Source: Octopus vulgaris (taxonomy: Eukaryota). From it: DNA of 64,000 nt. Each line of letters begins with the position of its first letter. The first letter of the stretch is position 1. The notes beneath the pieces were generated by a model. It was not told the origin of the DNA and did not search any database. It saw nothing but the letters and a program-made list of their open reading frames with translations. The stretch spans positions 159,464,001 to 159,528,000 of the forward strand of contig OX597814.1 in assembly GCA_951406725.2 (NCBI GenBank). The letters run 5' to 3'. Both the position numbers and the translations under genes were made by a program. This document shows, piece after piece, positions 1 to 12,859 of the stretch.

Positions 1-1603
1 AAAATCATCAGTTCATGGTTTTAAGTAAGCTACATTCGAGCTGTGTGAGTTTCATGTGAACAACCTATATATCAACCAATCAGCTTGAAGCCAATATCTC
101 AAATGTTATTGAGATTTGTGCCTTTTTCCCTATTTACACAGTCAAGCACCTAAATCACGGCAGAGTGCTGTTGGCATTCAAGCAGGACAGATCTCAGCTC
201 TCATCCAGCAAATCAAGAAGCTGTGACGGTCACTCATAGCCTTGGTTTTTCACTTTCCAGATCACAAATGGCTGAGCAAATGCATTTAAGTCAATTCCTA
301 CATATTATTCTGGTAACTAGTGAAAATTTGATAATTTATGTATGATAATCTTCTCTTAATAAAATCTGTTGTTAAACATCCGCAAGTTTGCTTTTGTTGT
401 AATATATGCAGCCAGCTTGATCTTACAATAAAGATACAACATCAATCTTTCTTATGACAGCTTGACCCCACAGAAAGGGTGATTCAGTGAAGAAATGCCT
501 ACAACAACAACTAACCTCAAGACAGTACCATTCATAATTGTTTACATTGACCTCACTTCTTGATTGGTAATCATTTTATTGATCCAGGAAGAAAGAAAAA
601 TAAAATCAACTCCATAAGGGTTTGAACTCAGAATGTAACTAAATACCACAAGTTATTATATGTAGTGCTCCACTGAAATCTACCACCAATTTCAAATTAA
701 ACAATGAAAAGGAAACCTGTTTATTGATATCATTTAACTATTTTGTTGTTACTCTGAAACTGTGTCAACTTCACCAATAACTTTAGTAACATCTGTTGTA
801 TATTTTTTGTTGATCTATATTAAAATCCCAGTTGTAAAGTAGCTTAGATGTACTCCCTTATCTATGTTTTTGTTTGTTGCGGATTAAATAAAGTTTCATA
901 TTTACCAACCAGACTTTAATAATTAACTTTTAATCTGGAAAAATTGTAACTTAATTACAAATAACAGCTGCTTTACAATTAGCACTAGTCACAATTTAAC
1001 TAGTACCAATCTTTTAAAATATGAAAGTAATGATTTCTTGCATAGATACAAGACTTTGAATTTGGGGACTACTTCAAAGCCGTGTATGTTGTTGGTTTTT
1101 AATTTATTGATCAGAGAGGGTTGAAAGGTAAAGTGGATTTTGGTAGGCCTTGGACATAGAATGTAAAGAGTTGTATCTAAATATATCATTCTGTCCAGTA
1201 CTCTGCTAATTGTGCCATCTGCTACCTTTATACATTGAAGATATAATAATGAGTATTTTTTATATTGGTCTGCTCGCTTAGCCAGCGGGGTGGCGTCATT
1301 TGAAGGCTAAAAAACAATATGAAGCGCATTGTGACCAGCGATGTGTAGCAACATCTGATAGCCTGGTCAGTCATGGTGATTGCGGTGATTTTTTATTAAA
1401 ATCACTCTAAGAATTTACACACATGATCTAGTTAAGATTTCGGGGGCTTGTACACACTTCCTAATATAACCTTAACCCTATCAAGGAAAGGGACTCACCA
1501 GCAGTTGATGCTTCTGTATCTATGTATAAAAACATTTTCTCTGAGAACATGGACTAATCCAAGGGTAAGGAACACTTGGATCTTTTTATTTGAAGTTTAC
1601 ATA

Positions 1604-1771
1604 AAAAGCACCCACTACACTCACGGAGTGGTTGGCGTTGGGAAGGGCATCCAGCTGTAGAAACTCTGCCAGATCTAACTGGCCTGATGCAGCCTTCGGG
1701 CTTCCCAGACCCCAGTTGAACCGTCCAACCCATGCTAGCATGGAAAGCGGACGTTAAACAATGATGATGAT
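1604..1771 (+). mobile_element. RTE-tail repeat fragment ending in (GAT)n
   Basis: Shares CACCCACTACACTCACGGAGTGGTTGGCG...CCAACCCATGCTAGCATGGAAAGCGGACGTTAAA and the GAT tail with many other copies in the window. Confidence 0.8.
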
Positions 1772-2280
1772 ATGCATGATCCTTGAAATAGCATCAATGG
1801 CTCAGATGGCTAGGCTACTTATTCGAAATGAACCAGGACAGGATACTAAGCATAACATTAAAATGGACACACCTGAAAAGCTAAAGCCTAGATGGCCAGA
1901 AGTAATGTTTTTTTTTTTCTTTTTACTTGATGGGCCTGGAAAATGTATTGGTGCCTATGGTCTTTTGCAGGCCTTCTGAAACTAGTGAAATTGGTGCTAT
2001 TGATATTCTTTTTGAACCTTTGTAAGCTAATAACCTGCAGGAAAGATGTGAGCTGAGAGCAAATTCCCAAGAGCCAACGTTCTGGAAATGAAGAACTAGA
2101 GCAAAGTACTGTTGCCAAAGACTGATTTGGATGGTGTTGGATGCTCAAACTTATTTTGCAATTGGAAAGAAATGGGTTAAAAAATAACACATTTCACTGT
2201 AACAATAAAGGTGCATTAAAGGAAATTTTATAAAATATACTGAAATCTATAATTGCATTTATTATAATTGTATCAATATC

Positions 2281-2460
2281 ATTTCATCATTTAACTTTCA
2301 TCTTCCATGTTGACATAGCTGGGATGGTTTAACAGAATCCAACAAACCAGAAGTCTACATCAAATTCCAATCCCATAGAAATTTTGGCATGATTTCTATG
2401 GCTGGATACTCTTCCTAATGCCAACCACTTTACACTGTGTTGGGTGCTTTTTTTTTTTCA
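2281..2460 (-). mobile_element. Diverged RTE-tail repeat
   Basis: Reverse complement of the same (GAT)n-tailed family (CTTCCTAATGCCAACCACTTTAC). Confidence 0.6.
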
Positions 2461-4329
2461 TGACAAAAAGTCACCAAGTGTATTTTCAAAACAAAGAAGA
2501 AAAAATAAACCCTCAACTGTATGTAGCAGAGAGGGAGGTTGCTTTATGCCAGGTTTTGAGAGGCTAAAGTATGATATAGAAACAGGCACAAGTGTCTTGC
2601 TATAGGGGAGATATATGGTTACCCTGTATTATATCAGAGTGGGTAGGAGTAGCTGAATAAAAGACAATGATGGTGGTGACTCAAGATAAAAGAAGGTGAG
2701 TATAAGAGAGAATACAGAAGATCAGGAAGGGTGGGTGGATAGGTTTATAAGAGTGTGAAAGTAGAGTGACAAATGGTTAGAGATGGATGTAGAAATGAAT
2801 GTTGCTGATGGAACAATGATGGTAGTGTAGTTTATGGAAAGTATCAGTATGGTGAAGAGGTGAAAGAAATATCTCAGAAAGGGGGAAGTGGTAAGTGCCA
2901 GATAGGAAAGGTAGAGAGCAACAATATAATAAACTTGATAATGGATCAGAAAATATGATGTACGCAGACAGAGATAGAAGTCAGAGGTATGTAGGGATGA
3001 CTATAGTGGAAGCCAAAGGTGGAGAGAGGCTGTTGACAGTATTATAAATATCCTTTTAATGACTTATTTAAAAACATGAATTTTGTAATAAGCAAACAGT
3101 CAACATGAACACCTTTCTTTTTCAGTGTATATAAATTTATATATATGCACTTTGTAATAAACAAAAGTATATCTTCATACAATAACTACACAACTTACAA
3201 AAGGCCACATGTAAAGGCTACAAAGAATGCAGGTTCTACACCCCAAGTTTAGCCACACAAGTGTTGCATGTGGAAAAAGAAGACAGTTGATAAAACATGC
3301 ATAAACTAAATTGGCTCATTTAAAAATCAATTTTTTCCCCAAAATTACAGTGCAACCTGCATTTTTTTTTTTCTGTTTTATTCTATACACATATATAGTA
3401 CTTTTGTTTTGGATTATTTAAACATAATTGTTTACAAGCCAACACCAAACCCATTATGGGAAATGAATTATCAAAAAGTTCCTATGTAGCACTTTTTCTA
3501 ACCCTATTTATTTTTAAGCATTCAGTAAATGAAAAGGTTGAACAGATGTTACACATTTAATGAAAGCAATTTCCTAAATATCTGTGGCACAATGCATTGG
3601 AAAAATTTTTTTTTTTACTGTTCTGGTTTCAAAAATTGGATTTTGGCCATCCTGGGTTGCTTTTAGTTGACTATATCAACCCAAGTACTTAGCCTGATAC
3701 TTATTTTATTGATTGTATTTATCAGATTGCTAAGTTTACCTTTAGTATAAAGCGACCTGAATATCTATATACAAGGTATTTTTGTTCAACTCTCCATTTC
3801 ATGGGCTTCTACACATTCTCAGTCCACCAAATTTCATGTTTTTTATTAGGATGATTTCAGAAATGTTTGACTGCTATTTCTAGTTGGTCAGTGTATTATG
3901 TAAGCCTTCACATAAATGGCTTGATGTGTACTGTGTACAGACTTCAGTGTGAAGAGATTTGTTTGTTAAATTGATGACAGGGTGGGAGTGTGTAGAGTTA
4001 TGTTCTGAGTAATAATGCTTGGATGACAAGGATGATGATAAATTACATGTAGTCAAGCCAAATTGGTATAAATATAGTCTAAATACCTTCACACTTTCAG
4101 TTCAAAACCTGATGTGATTGACATTTGACTTTATTTTATTGTATTAGTTGTGCACATGAAATAATCTTATTAATACTCATTCCCACACTTGTGCTTATGT
4201 AAAAAATTGGTGTTTAGTTTAATGAGAAGATTGAGAATATTATTGACCTAAGAATATTTTTTGTTTTATCAGAAAGCAGCTTTTAATCTCTTGATTAAAC
4301 AAAAGGAACATTTATTTAAAACGATAATG

Positions 4330-4600
4330 AAAGGTACTTTCAGCATAATTATTGTTGGTGACTTTAAGTGTCATGTGTGGAGATACCTGAATGGATCTTT
4401 TGGGGGTTATTTGAATGGTATAACCAGAGAAAGAATCAAGACATTCAAAGATTTTGATAATTTGCTGAGTATGCTTAACTGCATGTTTTACATCAGATCA
4501 ATCAGTTTGTTATTTCTGTCAGAATGGAGCTACAAAGCATATCCTAATTGGATATAGATTTTAACCAAACTCATTATGGCAGCATTTGAACTTACTTAAA
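4330..4600 (+). pseudogene. Decayed non-LTR retrotransposon endonuclease fragment
   Basis: IIIVGDFKCHV resembles the GDFNxHV motif of LINE APE endonucleases; the rest is heavily degraded. Confidence 0.4.
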
Positions 4601-5266
4601 GCTTGATGAAGTGATGAGATTTCTTGTGAGAGATTTCATATTACTGCTGTTTCATATATTCCCAAAACTAGAATTTGTTAAAGAAGTAAGCTGCTTCAAA
4701 CACATGTTGAATACAGCGAGAAAGAATATGAAGATAAGAGAGAAAGAAGCAACAGGAATCGGGTCTGCCCCAACCTATGCTATTGTGGGTAGAGATGAAG
4801 AACCATTGAAGAATCTGCTAGATAAATCTAACCTCTCATTAAGAATCACTTGACCTGAATACACAGAAACAATTCTTGTTCTGTAACGCCTACACTAACA
4901 AACAAGGCTTGTAACATAAGTTACTGCTTCATAATAGCCGGTAGCAAGAGTGTTAACTATAATAGCAGCAGTTGTTTAACCAACAACCATTCACTCCTTC
5001 AACTACAAGCCGATGAATGAGCATCCTAGTGGTTACTAAACATACTAGAAATAACAAGCAAATCTTTCTCAAATTACTCCTAAAGGGAGGGAACATTAGA
5101 CAATGTAGTTTTAAATATACAAAAAGAAGGAATAATCATGGGCTGGATTGCCTTCCATCTTAGGTTCACTCAGCCCTAGCTAACCTGGGGCTGGACTCTT
5201 GTAACTGTCAATGTGGCAGTATGTAACATCCTATTTGATGTAAAGATCTAACTAGTTAATATTCCT

Positions 5267-5782
5267 TAATCCTTTCATTACCATATTTCTCTCAAAATAC
5301 GGTGCTTTTGTTTCAGTTAATTCTGAAAATAATTTTGCTATTAGAAATATTATTATTTCTAAGTCTCTCTAAAGGAGACTACAGCAGCAGTACTGGATAT
5401 TAATAGTTATCGCCAAGTTAATATGGCAGTCCATAAATCTAGGACAAAAGCTGCCGTTAATTAGATCCAAGAGGCCATCGCCTCTAGCTAGCTATATGAC
5501 ACACGAACCTGTGTCCATTATAACTTTCAAACAGGGGAGGTGGCTGACCTCCTCTGTTCGAAGTTTATAATGGACACAGGTTTGTGTGTCATATAGCTAG
5601 CCTGAGGTGATGGCCTCTTGGAGCTAATCAACGGCAGCTTTCATCCTATATTTACGGACTGCCTTATTAGCTTGGTGATAACTATTAATAATTTTGCTAT
5701 TATTAACTGGTTTTTAGATCACTTGAAGTTTATATCATAGAACCAAGAGTAGCCTCAGGCAAGTTGGTATCAAAAAAGTTAA
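5267..5782. mobile_element. TTAA-flanked (piggyBac-like) MITE interrupted by a foldback insertion
   Basis: Ends TTAATCCTTT...CAAAAAAGTTAA; similar to the element at 22419-22867. Confidence 0.6.
5398..5690. repeat. Long near-perfect inverted repeat (arms of about 144 bp, 5-nt loop)
   Basis: TATTAATAGTTATCGCCAAG...ACAGGGGAGGT-GGCTG-ACCTCCTCTGT...CTTGGTGATAACTATTAATA. Confidence 0.95.
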
Positions 5783-6598
5783 TTTCTTCTACAACAACCT
5801 TTCTTACTTAGGCTATTTGATTTCTGCATAACTGCATCCACTTTAAATATGCATATCCTCATTTTGTAATCTATCATACTGGTTGTTTGGATGGTGTGCT
5901 GTCTGCTAATCTGAAAAGTTTTTTCTCTAACCACAAATCTTGTCTGTTGGTTTGGGGAATGCCTACCTGATTCTTTTTGAGGTTCTCTTTAGCTTGTTCA
6001 ACTCAGGTAAAAATCCATGCTTGTTAAATCAATTTAGCCATTTTGTTCTTCCCACAGTATACCTTTTCTAACTGATATACTTTTAGATTTTTATGATCCT
6101 GTCATAGCATAGGCTTGCGCATACTTCTCCTACTGAGCGTTTTCTTGTTACTATTGTTGTTCTTAGTTTAAGCTCAAATCTAAAGTGTACATTACTCCAC
6201 ACAGATTAGCTTGATGTTCTTGACCATGCACCTGAATCTTAGAATATCAACTAAAGAAATTATTAGTGACTGGCTTCCTAAAGTTCATATTCATAATGTA
6301 GACTTTTCAACTGAAAGCATACTTAAAGGTTTAGTTCAATGTTAACTCTGATTGATTAGCTATGAGCAGCATCTTGTCTTTTTAGGAGCATCATAGGACT
6401 ATATTATCTAATGTGTTCATTCTTTATTTAAGATGGTGGGGTACGCTTTGAAGAAAATGTGGGGGTTATATATTGCAGTTTGAATAATTACTGATTGGTT
6501 CAAAGTCTTACTTAGTTTTTTATTAGAATGTTGAAGAAGAGTTTGAGCAGTTACCACCTGTTCCTAGGAAATGTAGGATATGTTTTCCTTTCATAACC

Positions 6599-6823
6599 TT
6601 AACTCTTTAGCATTCACATTCTGTCAAATATAATGCTTATTTATTCACATTGTTTTGAATTAATCATGTATTGTCTTGTAGCTGTGAGGTTTTGATGAAG
6701 TAACTGTAAATTTCTTGAATGATATTGTAGGGTTGGTGTGAGAGGCCAGATATGGCCAGTTTGAACATAAAATATGTATAGTATTTTGGCTGGATGTAGC
6801 CAATTTAAATGCTAATGGCTTAA
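6599..6823. mobile_element. TTAA-flanked MITE, second family
   Basis: TTAA-CTCTTTAGCATT...AATGCTAATGGC-TTAA; related copies at about 17412-17625, 47043-47236 and 51024-51234. Confidence 0.75.
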
Positions 6824-7694
6824 AAATAGCTTTGTCTTCTGATCCTTGAAATTATCGGATGGAACTTGAGGGGTGCCTGATCACTAGTATCTTTGAGTAT
6901 TTTATGTTGTAGTAGAACTGCAGCATAGATGGGTGATAAGATAGGAAGGAATTTTACAAGACATACCAAGCTGAATATTCTTAAACAGAACTCTTTCTCA
7001 TCCAACTATACAGGTGTTCATTTAATTCCACACATTAACATACCAGTACTCAATGTAGATATCACCTTGGGAAATATAGAACACTATGTTGATTATTCTT
7101 TATTATTCAATGATAGGGGAGAAATGTGCCTCTTGCTTTTGAATGAGCTGAGTATAGATTCCATTGTTTTGGCAGGCTTTATCATCAGCAGATGATCTGC
7201 AAAATTCCACTTCCCAAAGATAGGATTTTAATTTCCTGTCATTGTAAGAGAGTTCATATAATCACAATAAAATTAGACTATCCTTTTCTTTTTTAAGTAG
7301 CATGTTTAAAGTATAAAGACCAGTACCTATGATCTCTTTTAGGACCTCTAACATTGGTAGATGGAAGGGAGGAAGTTGTCCTCAAACTACAGTTAACCCA
7401 AATTTTTGTTAAAAAAATCTGAATACCAGGCTGCAGAGTTAAACTGACTGATGGATTAAGTCTGTCTACCTTCTAAAAATATGGACACCCTCTCCAATGA
7501 GGTTTCTCACAAGTTCTACTAAATTTGATTCACAAAGTATTGTTTACTCAAGGCTTTGGTAGAAAATGCTTGACCATGGTGCTCTGTGATGGAATTGAAC
7601 CTACAACTATGTAGTTGCTAAGCAAACATTTTCATTGCAGACAGTGTTGATTGTAATTTCTTTTAAACTCCTGTAACTTACATTAATTTATCGC

Positions 7695-8110
7695 TTTTTA
7701 CTCTTTTACTTGTTTCAGTCATTTGACTGCAGCCATGCTGAAGCACCACCTTTAGTCGAAAGCAAATCGCCCCCAGGACTTATTCTTTGGAAGCCTAGTA
7801 CTTATTCTATCAGTCTCTTTTGCCGAACTGCTAGGTTATGGGGACGTAAACACACCACCATTGGTTGTCAAATAATGTTGAGGGACAAACACAGACACAC
7901 AGACATATACACACACATACATATATATATATATATGTACATATATACGACAGGCTTCTTTCAGTTTCCGTCTACCAAATCCACTCAGAAGGCTTTGGTC
8001 GGCCCGAGGCTATAGTAGAAGACACTTGCCCAAGGTACCACACAGTGGAAATGAACCCAGAATCATGTGGTTGATAAGCAAGCTACTTACCACACAGCCA
8101 CTCCTGTGCC
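7695..8110 (-). mobile_element. tRNA-derived SINE (family A)
   Basis: Reverse complement of the copy at 23236; A-box TGGCTGTGTGG, B-box-like GGTTCA, central TA/TG microsatellite. Confidence 0.9.
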
Positions 8111-9024
8111 TATTTATATATATTTTTAAAATTTTGTTTAAACATTAATTTACAGTTTACCTGAGACATAGCAGTGTAGTAAAAGCTATTTTTGTGATGG
8201 CTTAATGTGTTCTTTAAAATGTCTGAGTAGGTTATCATATCTTTGATAGTTTCCTAAGTATTGTTAGACCTTGATGGTATTTATGTAATTCTGTGAATCA
8301 GTGTTAAAAACAAATATTTGGGTCATTGGTATGACTACTTGAATTATTTACTGTTTGGGTATTTTGCTGCAAGAATCTCTGTCCTCTTGTTGTTTATATC
8401 CACTTTATACATAAATTTCTCCTTTTCAATTTCTGCTGTTATCAAATCTTGTGTATCAAAAATAGAATCAGTTATTTAGCACAGCAAACAATGTAACTAA
8501 CATGTAAGCCATAGACTATAAATAATATTTCACTCTTTACTGACACAAATATCTGTATTGTTTAGCACCTGGCTAACTCAAGCTTAGCAGATATATAATC
8601 AAAAATGCATACCAACCATAACCAATGTTTTTTATTTTTTTAAATTTTTATGTGACACAATGCAATTCGAGCAACCATGTAGTAGCTCTCCCATTGCTTT
8701 GTACATTTCTTATGTACATTAAAGAGATGAATACTAGAGGAATCCCAGTAACTCCAAAATACTATCCACACATTCGAGTTTCGTTTTTCTCATTGTTACT
8801 CTCGCCTTTCCTTCCATCTTTGAGTTAATACCTAATTGAAATGTTGAGTCAAATTTAAAAATGACACAAAACTAGGACAATAGTTTTAATTATCATATTT
8901 TTGTTATAAACTTTTTCCAAAAATTATGTACAATGTAGTTCTGAACTGAAGAGTTTCTCATGTGAAAACCAATTCCACTGACTTAGGTAGATTGGTGAAT
9001 TTCATTATTTATTGACATTGAGTT

Positions 9025-9479
9025 CATGGCTCGCAGGACGGCCTGCTGTGCTAACCTTGGATCGTTGGGTGACCTGCCGTGCTTGAGGAGACCTATTAAG
9101 TCAAGTACATCAACACGAAAATCAAATGGAAATTGTAGTTGTGATACCCATGCTGGTGGCACATAAAAAGTACCATCTGAATGTGGCTGATGCCAGTGCC
9201 GCCTTGACTGGCATCCATGCCGGTGACACGTAAAATGCACCAACCGATTGTGGCCATTGCCAGCCTCCTCTGGCCCCTGTGCCAGTGGCATGTAAAAAGT
9301 ACCCACTATACTCATGGAGTAGTTGGCATTAGGAAGGACATCCAGCTGTAGAAACACTGCCAGATCAGACTGGAGCCTGGTGCAGCCTCCTGGCTTCCTA
9401 GACCCTGGTTGAACCGTCCAACCCATACTAGCATGGAAAACAGACATTAAACGATGATGACGACGATGATGATGATGAT
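9025..9479 (+). mobile_element. RTE LINE 3' end or derived non-autonomous element with internal tandem units and (GAT)n tail
   Basis: Repeated GGCAC(A/G)TAAAA units, shared tail, GATGAT end. Confidence 0.8.
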
Positions 9480-9899
9480 TAACTACAGAACAATTTTATG
9501 TCCTTCAATTAAGGTTGTATTCTGTTATAAGAAAGTGACAAAGGTGCATATTTTGCTTTTCTTTTGATATTCAAACTTTTGTATAACTATTTCCATATAA
9601 CTATAAAAGTATGATTTTTCAAATGCAAGCAGAAGGTCATCAATTTTGGTGGGTTTGGATATATATAAATTGGTCAAAATGAATTCTATGATTGACTGGT
9701 ACTTAATTTTGTTTACCCTGGAAGGATGAAGGGCATATTTAGTCTTTATTAGATTTGAACTCAGAATATAAAGGGATATATATTTAAATACCACAAGTAA
9801 TATTACTCAGTGTGGCATTAATTATTCCATCTATCTGCTCTGTTATTAATAATGATTGTCAACTTTAGCAAAAAAAGTACAAATTTGGTATTACAAACC

Positions 9900-10318
9900 C
9901 AATCTCTAAATGTAGAGGGAACTTGTGGAAGGGGTAGACTTAAGGAGACATGGTGAGAAAGGATCTTCAGACATTAGGCCTCAGTAAGGAGATGACAAGA
10001 AACTGGATCTTCTGACAATTTGCTGTACTTGAGAAGACACTGGAATCTAAGTAAAATCATGGCCATCCATACAGGCATTTCCTTTATGGCTATGCCTCCC
10101 ATTCTCTCTCTCTCTTAGCTGAGAGATCCTTAGCTTGTGAGCTTGCAGGTGCTAGTGACACATGAAAGTACTCAGTGCATTCAGTGAAATGGTTGGCATT
10201 TGGAAGGGCAGCTGTTGAAATCATGCTTAAACTGACAAGTGGAGCCTGATGCAGCTGGTCAGCTCCTGTCAAACCATCGAACCCATACTAACTTGGAAAC
10301 GGACGTTAAATGATGATG
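9900..10318 (+). mobile_element. 5'-truncated RTE-clade LINE 3' end
   Basis: Translates to SLNVEGTCGRGRLKETW...RKDLQTLGLSKEMTRN (RTE RT C-terminal GRGRPxKTW pattern), followed by the common (GAT)n tail. Confidence 0.7.
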
Positions 10319-10969
10319 TAAAACATTAGACTACATGGAAACTAGTGATGGGTGGCAACAGCAAATATTAAGCACAATGAATTCAACCTTGCATATTTTT
10401 TATATTAGTTTTATTTCTATACAAGTTTTTTTTTCTTTTATAGTTGCAATATAGTGTACTTCTAATTCATGATTATCCCTTTCAGTATATATGAAAAATA
10501 TTAGTAAAATTGAATGTTTTCAAATTTTATCACCTCTGGTTTAGAATTGTTTGGATGTTTTAGACTTAATGTTTCTTGACAAGCAATTCCAGTAGTTATG
10601 AATTACCTGTAAGTATTTGATCTGACATGATATTTATTGCATTTTAAACCAAATCCCATTTGCCCAAACAAATAATTCACCTTAAACAAGCCAGTGAGGC
10701 AGAGGTTACTCAGTATAGTTGTCTGATCTGTAGGAAATAGCATCCAAATCCCGAACTATTGTTAACAAAAAAAAAAGACCTAATTTGAAATAGACTATCC
10801 CTAAAACGATAGAGTGGTTACACCTAGAATATCTTTGATAATAGGTAATTTTATCAGTTTTGGTACTATAAACAACAATCTTCAGGTTTAACATGTAACT
10901 TTCTCTTTGTCAAGCACTCTAATATCTGTTTTGTGACTGCAGAATACATACATGTGTATTTGTGTGGAG

Positions 10970-11336
10970 CAATAAATAACAATGAGAAGTTGATCATTGA
11001 TATTAAAAGGTCATAGTTTAATTTTAGTTCAGAACCATTTACAGCTGTTTCTGTTTATCAAATCGGAATAAATTTGCATTTATCTCGTTCCATTTAACAA
11101 GCATCGTCAAGCCTAAAGACTTAACAAACATTTTCCGTTTTCTTTTGCCTTTTCCTTTTCCTTTCATTTTTCTCCTATTTATATTCCTCTAAATCATTCT
11201 GACGATGTTTGTTAAATGGAACGAGATAAATGCAAATTTACTTTGATTTGATAAATAGAAACAGCTGTAAATGGTTCTGGACTACAATTAAACTATATTT
11301 TAATACCAATGATCAACTTCTCATTGCTCTTTATTG
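10970..11336. repeat. Inverted repeat (arms of about 140 bp, spacer of about 90 bp) containing hammerhead motifs
   Basis: 10970-11109 is the reverse complement of about 11200-11336 with few mismatches. Confidence 0.95.
11192..11276 (+). ncRNA. Type I hammerhead ribozyme (predicted intact)
   Basis: Stem I AATCATT/AATGGTT; core CTGACGA (11199-11205); 12-bp stem II TGTTTGTTAAAT/ATTTGATAAATA; GAAAC; palindromic AC-AGCT-GT stem III; GTA cleavage triplet at 11267-11269. Confidence 0.8.
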
Positions 11337-12340
11337 GTCCATTTCTTTTCTTTTCTATATATATTAAAACCACAGTTTTATATTTAAATTACCAACTACT
11401 GTATACCTTTTAGCTAGGACTATACATATTGAGGTAATACACCAGTAGTGCCTACGGATACATTTATCCCTTAGATGGTTGCATAACCTCTAACTCATAA
11501 TTTTCTTTATATATATATATATATATATATTGGAGTAAAATATTCTTTGTTATGCCATATAAATGGTCAGAAAGTTACCATTGGTTTCATGTCTACTATT
11601 GCTCTAGGCAATATAGAAGACATGTTAGCCAGAAGAACATTTTTTCTTTAATGCTGGAGGTAAATTTACAGTCTTAATTAGTTTGGTGTTGAAAAACAAA
11701 ACAAAAAAAGTCTTAATTTTTTTCAAGAGGAAAAGATTTGCTTCCCCTTGTATGATTCAGCCATGACTAAAAGTGGCCAGTTGTACCTACATACATTATT
11801 TCCTGTTCTCTCTAGTCTACAAAGAAGACCACATGTCCAAAACAAATTTTCTGTTGTAGGGCTAAAGGTCTAAAACTATCACTTTATAAGTTCAAGAAAG
11901 CACCAGGATCATGCAAACTTGTAGGATTATTGTCCTCTCAGCTAAGCAAAGTTTACACTATCTGCTTCCATTGAGGTATAACCCAGGTTGTTCCAGAAGC
12001 TTTCAAATAATTTTGTATGACATCCCTTCCTCTTTTAAACCAATGTTAACTTTCTGATTGTTTCTATGCCATAACCAAGAATATACTACTTGACTGTATA
12101 AAAAGTATAACTGCTCAATATTTTTTTTAGTGTGCTTTTCTGACCTATGGACAACTAACTGATATATACATGTCAGATGTGCACGCGCGCACGCACACAC
12201 ATTATCTCCAGTTGCTTAATAACTTATACAAAAAATGTAGGAAATATAAATGCCTAGGTAATTTGCATAATTTAAACAAAAATGAGCTCAGAAAAATAAT
12301 TCAGTGGCCAGTAGTCTGTATTATATATATATATATATAT

Positions 12341-12537
12341 GGTGCAGGTGGCACGTAAAAAGCACCCACTACACTCACGGAGTGGTTGGCGTTAGGAAGG
12401 GCATCCAGCTGTAGAAACATTGCCAGATTAGACTGGAGCCTGGTGCAGCCTTCTGGCTTCCCAGAACCCCGGTCGAACCGTCCAACCCATGCTAGCATGG
12501 AGAACGGACGTTAAACGATGATGATGATGATGATGAT
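12341..12537 (+). mobile_element. Young RTE-tail repeat inserted next to (TA)n, with (GAT)n tail
   Basis: CpG-rich copy closely matching those at 1604, 36405 and 50595. Confidence 0.85.
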
Positions 12538-12799
12538 ATGCGTGTGTGTGTAAATTAGAGAAAAACCACTATTATACAATTCAAACAATGATAGACGTAA
12601 ATCAGACCATATAGAAAAAATAAATGATACAATAAAACATTTAACTAGATCACAATAAAGTACATAATAATAAAATAGTATATAATTACTAATTATATAC
12701 TATTTCTCTAATTTATATATTTATATTGTGAAATTTGATTTATTACTAAATTGAATTTTTCCCTGTAAGTTTGGATTTATACTCCCTAAGATTATTATC

Positions 12800-12814
<15 letters not shown>

Positions 12815-12855
<41 letters not shown>
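12815..12855. repeat. (TA)n microsatellite
   Basis: Read directly; others at about 11507-11530, 13187-13221 and 32509-32540. Confidence 0.95.

Positions 12856-12859
<4 letters not shown>

Noticed and set aside
7150-7195. CTGATGA on the - strand
   Set aside because: No stem II, no GAAA box and no stem I partner
7710-9447. ORFs of 100-154 aa such as 7710-8015 and 8983-9447 (also 12301, 36405, 50630-51122)
   Set aside because: They lie inside multi-copy SINE or RTE 3' UTR sequence; their mutual similarity reflects the repeat, not a protein family
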